NCBI GenBank assembly: GCA_963817385.1 | Contig: CAWFOM010000005.1 | Coordinates: 224,001-288,000 of the forward strand | Source of the DNA: an uncultured delta proteobacterium | GTDB lineage: Bacteria; Desulfobacterota; Syntrophia; Syntrophales; UBA5619 | Direction of reading: 5' to 3' | Length of the DNA: 64,000 bases | Shown: positions 60,863 through 64,000 of the stretch, piece after piece | Layout of the letters: each line of letters begins with the position of its first letter | How positions within the stretch are numbered: position 1 is the stretch's first letter | Position numbers and translations under genes: made by a program | Notes under the pieces: model-generated | Told to the model about the DNA's origin: nothing | Databases searched by the model: none | The model's input: the letters and a program-made list of their open reading frames with translations, nothing else

Positions 60863-61657
60863 TTACTCCCCTTCCGCCAGTTCTTCAAGCGCCTCCCGAT
60901 CCAGAATCCGGATCGACCGGCCGTCCATGGCCAGGATCCCGGCGTTACTCATCTTTCGTATCGCCCGTGACAGGGCTTCCGGCGTGGCTCCCAGGATCTT
61001 GGCCAGCTCTCGCTGCGTGATCGTCAATTGAAGATCTCCGCAGGAGACTGCGGAGAATCTTCGATCCTTCAGAGGAACCAACAAATCCGTTTTTGTTCGC
61101 TTACCCCGCGGCAAGTCGCGGGGTAATTGCTCGCGGGCGGATTCCAACCGGTTCATCTCCTCTGCTCCGTGCCTGGTCAGGTCATGGAGCAGGAAGGAGG
61201 CAAGCCGCTGCGGAATCTCCTTCAGGGAGAGGGATTCGATCAGGGTCATCGATTCTTTGAGACGATCGGTGAGGATCTGGATAATGTTCACCAGCAGGCG
61301 CGGTTCCTTCATGGCAACGGCCTCCATCGCCTGTCCGGGAATCAGGAGGATGCCGCTCTCCTCGAGAGCCATGGCGTTTGCCGGAAAGGTATCGACGGCG
61401 AAGGCCGTGCACATGCCGAACGGGTCTCCCGGCCTGAGCAGATAGAGGGTCTGCTCCTTTCCCTCCGGTGAGCTTTTGTAGAGTTTTATCTGGCCGGAGA
61501 TGACGACATAAAAGGCATGGACCGCATCCGTCTCGCCGATGAACATCTCTCCCGCCGGGTACGTCCGGTACCGGGACTGCTCCGCCAGCGCCTGCAGTTT
61601 TTCAGCGGGCACCCCTTCGAATAACTTCAGCCTTCGTATCTGCTGCAGGAGATCCAT
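60863..61657 (-). CDS. Crp/Fnr family regulator (DNR/HcpR-like, no N-terminal Cys cluster) with a 38-aa insertion
   Basis: cNMP fold (GQIKLYK..EGKEQ, PGDPFG), RLASFLL, and HTH TQRELAKILGATPEALSR. Confidence 0.9.
   Translation of the reverse strand: MDLLQQIRRLKLFEGVPAEKLQALAEQSRYRTYPAGEMFIGETDAVHAFYVVISGQIKLYKSSPEGKEQTLYLLRPGDPFGMCTAFAVDTFPANAMALEESGILLIPGQAMEAVAMKEPRLLVNIIQILTDRLKESMTLIESLSLKEIPQRLASFLLHDLTRHGAEEMNRLESAREQLPRDLPRGKRTKTDLLVPLKDRRFSAVSCGDLQLTITQRELAKILGATPEALSRAIRKMSNAGILAMDGRSIRILDREALEELAEGE
61028..61147. mobile_element. Small double-hairpin element, copy 2, inserted in frame in the Crp/Fnr gene
   Basis: Aligns with 28366..28479 (shared CTGCGGAGAATCTTCGATCCTT and TCGCTTACCCCGCGGCAAG). 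Confidence 0.82.
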
Positions 61658-61672
61658 AAAAATTTTCTCTCG

Positions 61673-61686
61673 TTGATCCAGATCAA
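61673..61686. promoter_or_regulatory. FNR-type box
   Basis: Perfect TTGAT-CCAG-ATCAA just upstream of the Crp/Fnr start, in the divergent intergenic region. Confidence 0.7.
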
Positions 61687-61851
61687 TGACACTTCGCGCA
61701 GTGGGGTGTATTTATGGAGCCGACACCAGAAGGTTTTTAGCACAGGGCTCGGTGGGAAACAAACCAAATTTCACGGTTACGCGGCAAATACCTTGCCCCG
61801 CCGTACGCCATGGGGTATGCATTTTTATATTCAATAGGAATATGGATGATC

Positions 61852-63045
61852 ATGAAACGGCCGACCTTGTTTGAAATTTTGAAGACCGCCCTGTATGTCG
61901 GCACTGTCGGCTACGGCGGACCGGCGATCCTGGCGTTGATGAAGAGGGTCATCGTCCATGAAAAAAAATGGATCTCCGATGAGGAGTTCATGAACGCCTT
62001 GAGCCTGTCGCAGATCTTGCCGGGGGCCACGGGAGTGACCCTGCTGGGTTATATCGGCCAGAAGCTGAAGGGAGGGAGGGGCGGCATCCTGATGCCCTTT
62101 GCGTTTGCCTTTCCGGCAATGACGGCCATCACCATCCTGGCCTGGGCCTATTTCTCGTTCGGCGACCTGAAATTTGTCCATTCGGTCTTCACGGGCCTCG
62201 GGGCGATGGTGGTCGCATTGCTCATCAACGCGACCCTGATGATGGGCAGATCGGTCTTCCAGGGCACGGACCGCAACGCCTTCAAGGGCATCGGTATTGC
62301 GGCGCTTTCATTTTTAGGGATCCTCTATCTGCGCTGGGATGTGGTTTATATCATCCTCATCTCCGGGGCGCTGGGGGCTTTATTCTTTTACTACAGCGGA
62401 GCGGTCGAGCAAGGAAAAGCGCCGAAGCGTCCGGGTAAGGCGGCTGACCTCCCGGAGGCGACCGGATGGCGAAATCTTGTGCCCCCGGCGGCACTGGCTG
62501 TTTTGCTCGCCGTCACCTTTTATTTGGTTGACGGGACGTGGACCCTCTTTGCGACCTTCCTCAAGATCGGCTCGCTCGCCTTCGGCGGCGGCTTTACCGC
62601 CATTCCCATCATTCAAGGCGTCGTCGTCGACGGGATGCACTGGCTCGACCTGACGGCCTTCCGCGATGGGATCGCCCTGGGACAGATAACGCCGGGGCCG
62701 GTCTTCATAACGGCCACCTTCATCGGGTACAAGGTCCAGGGGATCATCGGGGCCGTCATCGCCACGATCGGCATTTTTGCCCCATCGCTTACGGCCATGA
62801 TGTTGCTCAGCCGGGCTCACGCCAGAATCAAGAATCTCAGGATCGTCAAGGCGGTCATCCGGGGGTTCTTGTCCGGTTTTATCGGGCTTCTCCTCTTTGT
62901 CGTCCTGCAGTTCGGCGTCCAGTCCCTCGTCAACTGGCAGGCATGGGCCGTGTTTGCGATTTCCGCGATTTACCTGTTGGGTTGGAAAAAAGACGTTGTA
63001 TGGCTGATCCTGGGGACCATCGGTGTTTCGCTCCTGGCCTTTTGA
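61852..63045 (+). CDS. chrA: Chromate ion transporter (long-chain CHR family), second copy
   Basis: YGGP, QILPGA, FGGG and GQITPGP motifs. Confidence 0.9.
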   Translation: MKRPTLFEILKTALYVGTVGYGGPAILALMKRVIVHEKKWISDEEFMNALSLSQILPGATGVTLLGYIGQKLKGGRGGILMPFAFAFPAMTAITILAWAYFSFGDLKFVHSVFTGLGAMVVALLINATLMMGRSVFQGTDRNAFKGIGIAALSFLGILYLRWDVVYIILISGALGALFFYYSGAVEQGKAPKRPGKAADLPEATGWRNLVPPAALAVLLAVTFYLVDGTWTLFATFLKIGSLAFGGGFTAIPIIQGVVVDGMHWLDLTAFRDGIALGQITPGPVFITATFIGYKVQGIIGAVIATIGIFAPSLTAMMLLSRAHARIKNLRIVKAVIRGFLSGFIGLLLFVVLQFGVQSLVNWQAWAVFAISAIYLLGWKKDVVWLILGTIGVSLLAF

Positions 63046-63194
63046 GTGGATACTTTTGATCCGGTTGGATATCGAACTGGATACTACAACCGGATACTAA
63101 TATATCCATAATGGAATACAAATAAATAGAAATTGCTGCTTCGTAATTTATATATATACTATAATTACGTGTATATAAATATGATAGTCTTCAA

Positions 63195-63210
63195 TGGCAT
63201 GTCTCTTGCT
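63195..63210 (+). promoter_or_regulatory. Sigma54 promoter
   Basis: TGGCATGTCTCTTGCT (GG-N10-GC), preceded by an AT-rich tract. Confidence 0.8.
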
Positions 63211-63251
63211 ATATAGCCTGGAAACAATTCTCTTGAAAGGAGACACAAACC

Positions 63252-63740
63252 ATGAAGAAAATAGTAACGATTGTAGCGGTGATCGCCCTGGCGGCGATTG
63301 TGGCTTCCCCGGCGATGGCCTACCGGGGGATGGGGGCGGGGTATGGCAGCGGTCCCGGGAATGTCGCGGATATCGGTGCGGCGCAGGGCCTCGACCTGAC
63401 GGCTGAGCAGACCCAGAAGATCAACGTCCTGCGCGAGGCGCACCTGAAGGACATCAAGCCCCTTCAAGACCAGATGCTGAGCAAGAGCAGAGAACTGAGG
63501 AGCCTGTGGCTGGCTTCGACACCGGACAAGGAGAAGATCCTGGTGCTCCAGAAAGAGGCTCAGGGCCTCCGCGATCAGTTGACAGACAAGCGCACGGCCT
63601 ACCGTCTGGAGGTGCAGCAGGTCCTGACGCCCGAGCAGCAGGCCAAGATTCAGGCCTACGGAGCGGGACGGGGGATGATGCACATGGGTGACGGTCCGGG
63701 CATGATGGGCGGTCACGCCCCCGGCTGGGGAATGCGGTAA
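63252..63740 (+). CDS. Spy/CpxP/ZraP family periplasmic protein
   Basis: Signal peptide, LTAEQ and LTPEQ (LTxxQ) motifs, Gly/Met/His-rich tails. Confidence 0.85.
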   Translation: MKKIVTIVAVIALAAIVASPAMAYRGMGAGYGSGPGNVADIGAAQGLDLTAEQTQKINVLREAHLKDIKPLQDQMLSKSRELRSLWLASTPDKEKILVLQKEAQGLRDQLTDKRTAYRLEVQQVLTPEQQAKIQAYGAGRGMMHMGDGPGMMGGHAPGWGMR

Positions 63741-64000
63741 CACCATGACGAACGGGCTGAACCTTGCCGGGCGAATCAGCGGGGTCGCCTCACTGAAAAC
63801 GGGAAGGGCGTCGCGCTGGGGCGTCGCGCTCTTCCCGTTATTTTATGACCCGAGAGGGATGCATCCGGAAACGGTTTCCGAACGTTGATCGATGAGTCGG
63901 CCTCTCGCGGGCGAGATAAAAAAAGGAGGGCATGAAAAGTGGCCTTGATTTCAGCAAACCAGATCAGCAAGGACTTACCGGGTGGGGGAGGTGACGGTTC

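Overview
GC-rich bacterial window, most consistent with an anaerobic Desulfobacterota/Syntrophales-type organism (inferred from gene content). The left ~36 kb is an organic-acid and redox catabolic region: AOR start, split class I fumarase/tartrate dehydratase, gpmA, a TRAP operon beside a BtsSR-like two-component system, glyoxylate/hydroxypyruvate reductase, amidase, SAF-domain oxidoreductase, two tartronate-semialdehyde-reductase paralogues, two TctABC transporters and a serine/alanine-glyoxylate aminotransferase. It also holds a GntR-led Fe-S operon whose CO-dehydrogenase homologue keeps the B/D clusters but has lost the Ni-Fe C-cluster ligands. The right half has ilvD, two giant tandem glutamate-dehydrogenase-like genes (one catalytically degenerate and fused to a DHH-like domain), a penicillin acylase, a ParE-type TA pair, a broken type IIG R-M gene, housekeeping genes, sigma54-type promoters, and a Crp/Fnr regulator carrying an in-frame 38-codon insertion of a small palindromic mobile element also present intergenically. 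Many genes carry single +1 frameshifts that look like long-read consensus errors. No rRNA, tRNA or CRISPR array was seen. All family assignments come from motif recognition by eye, not from database searches.
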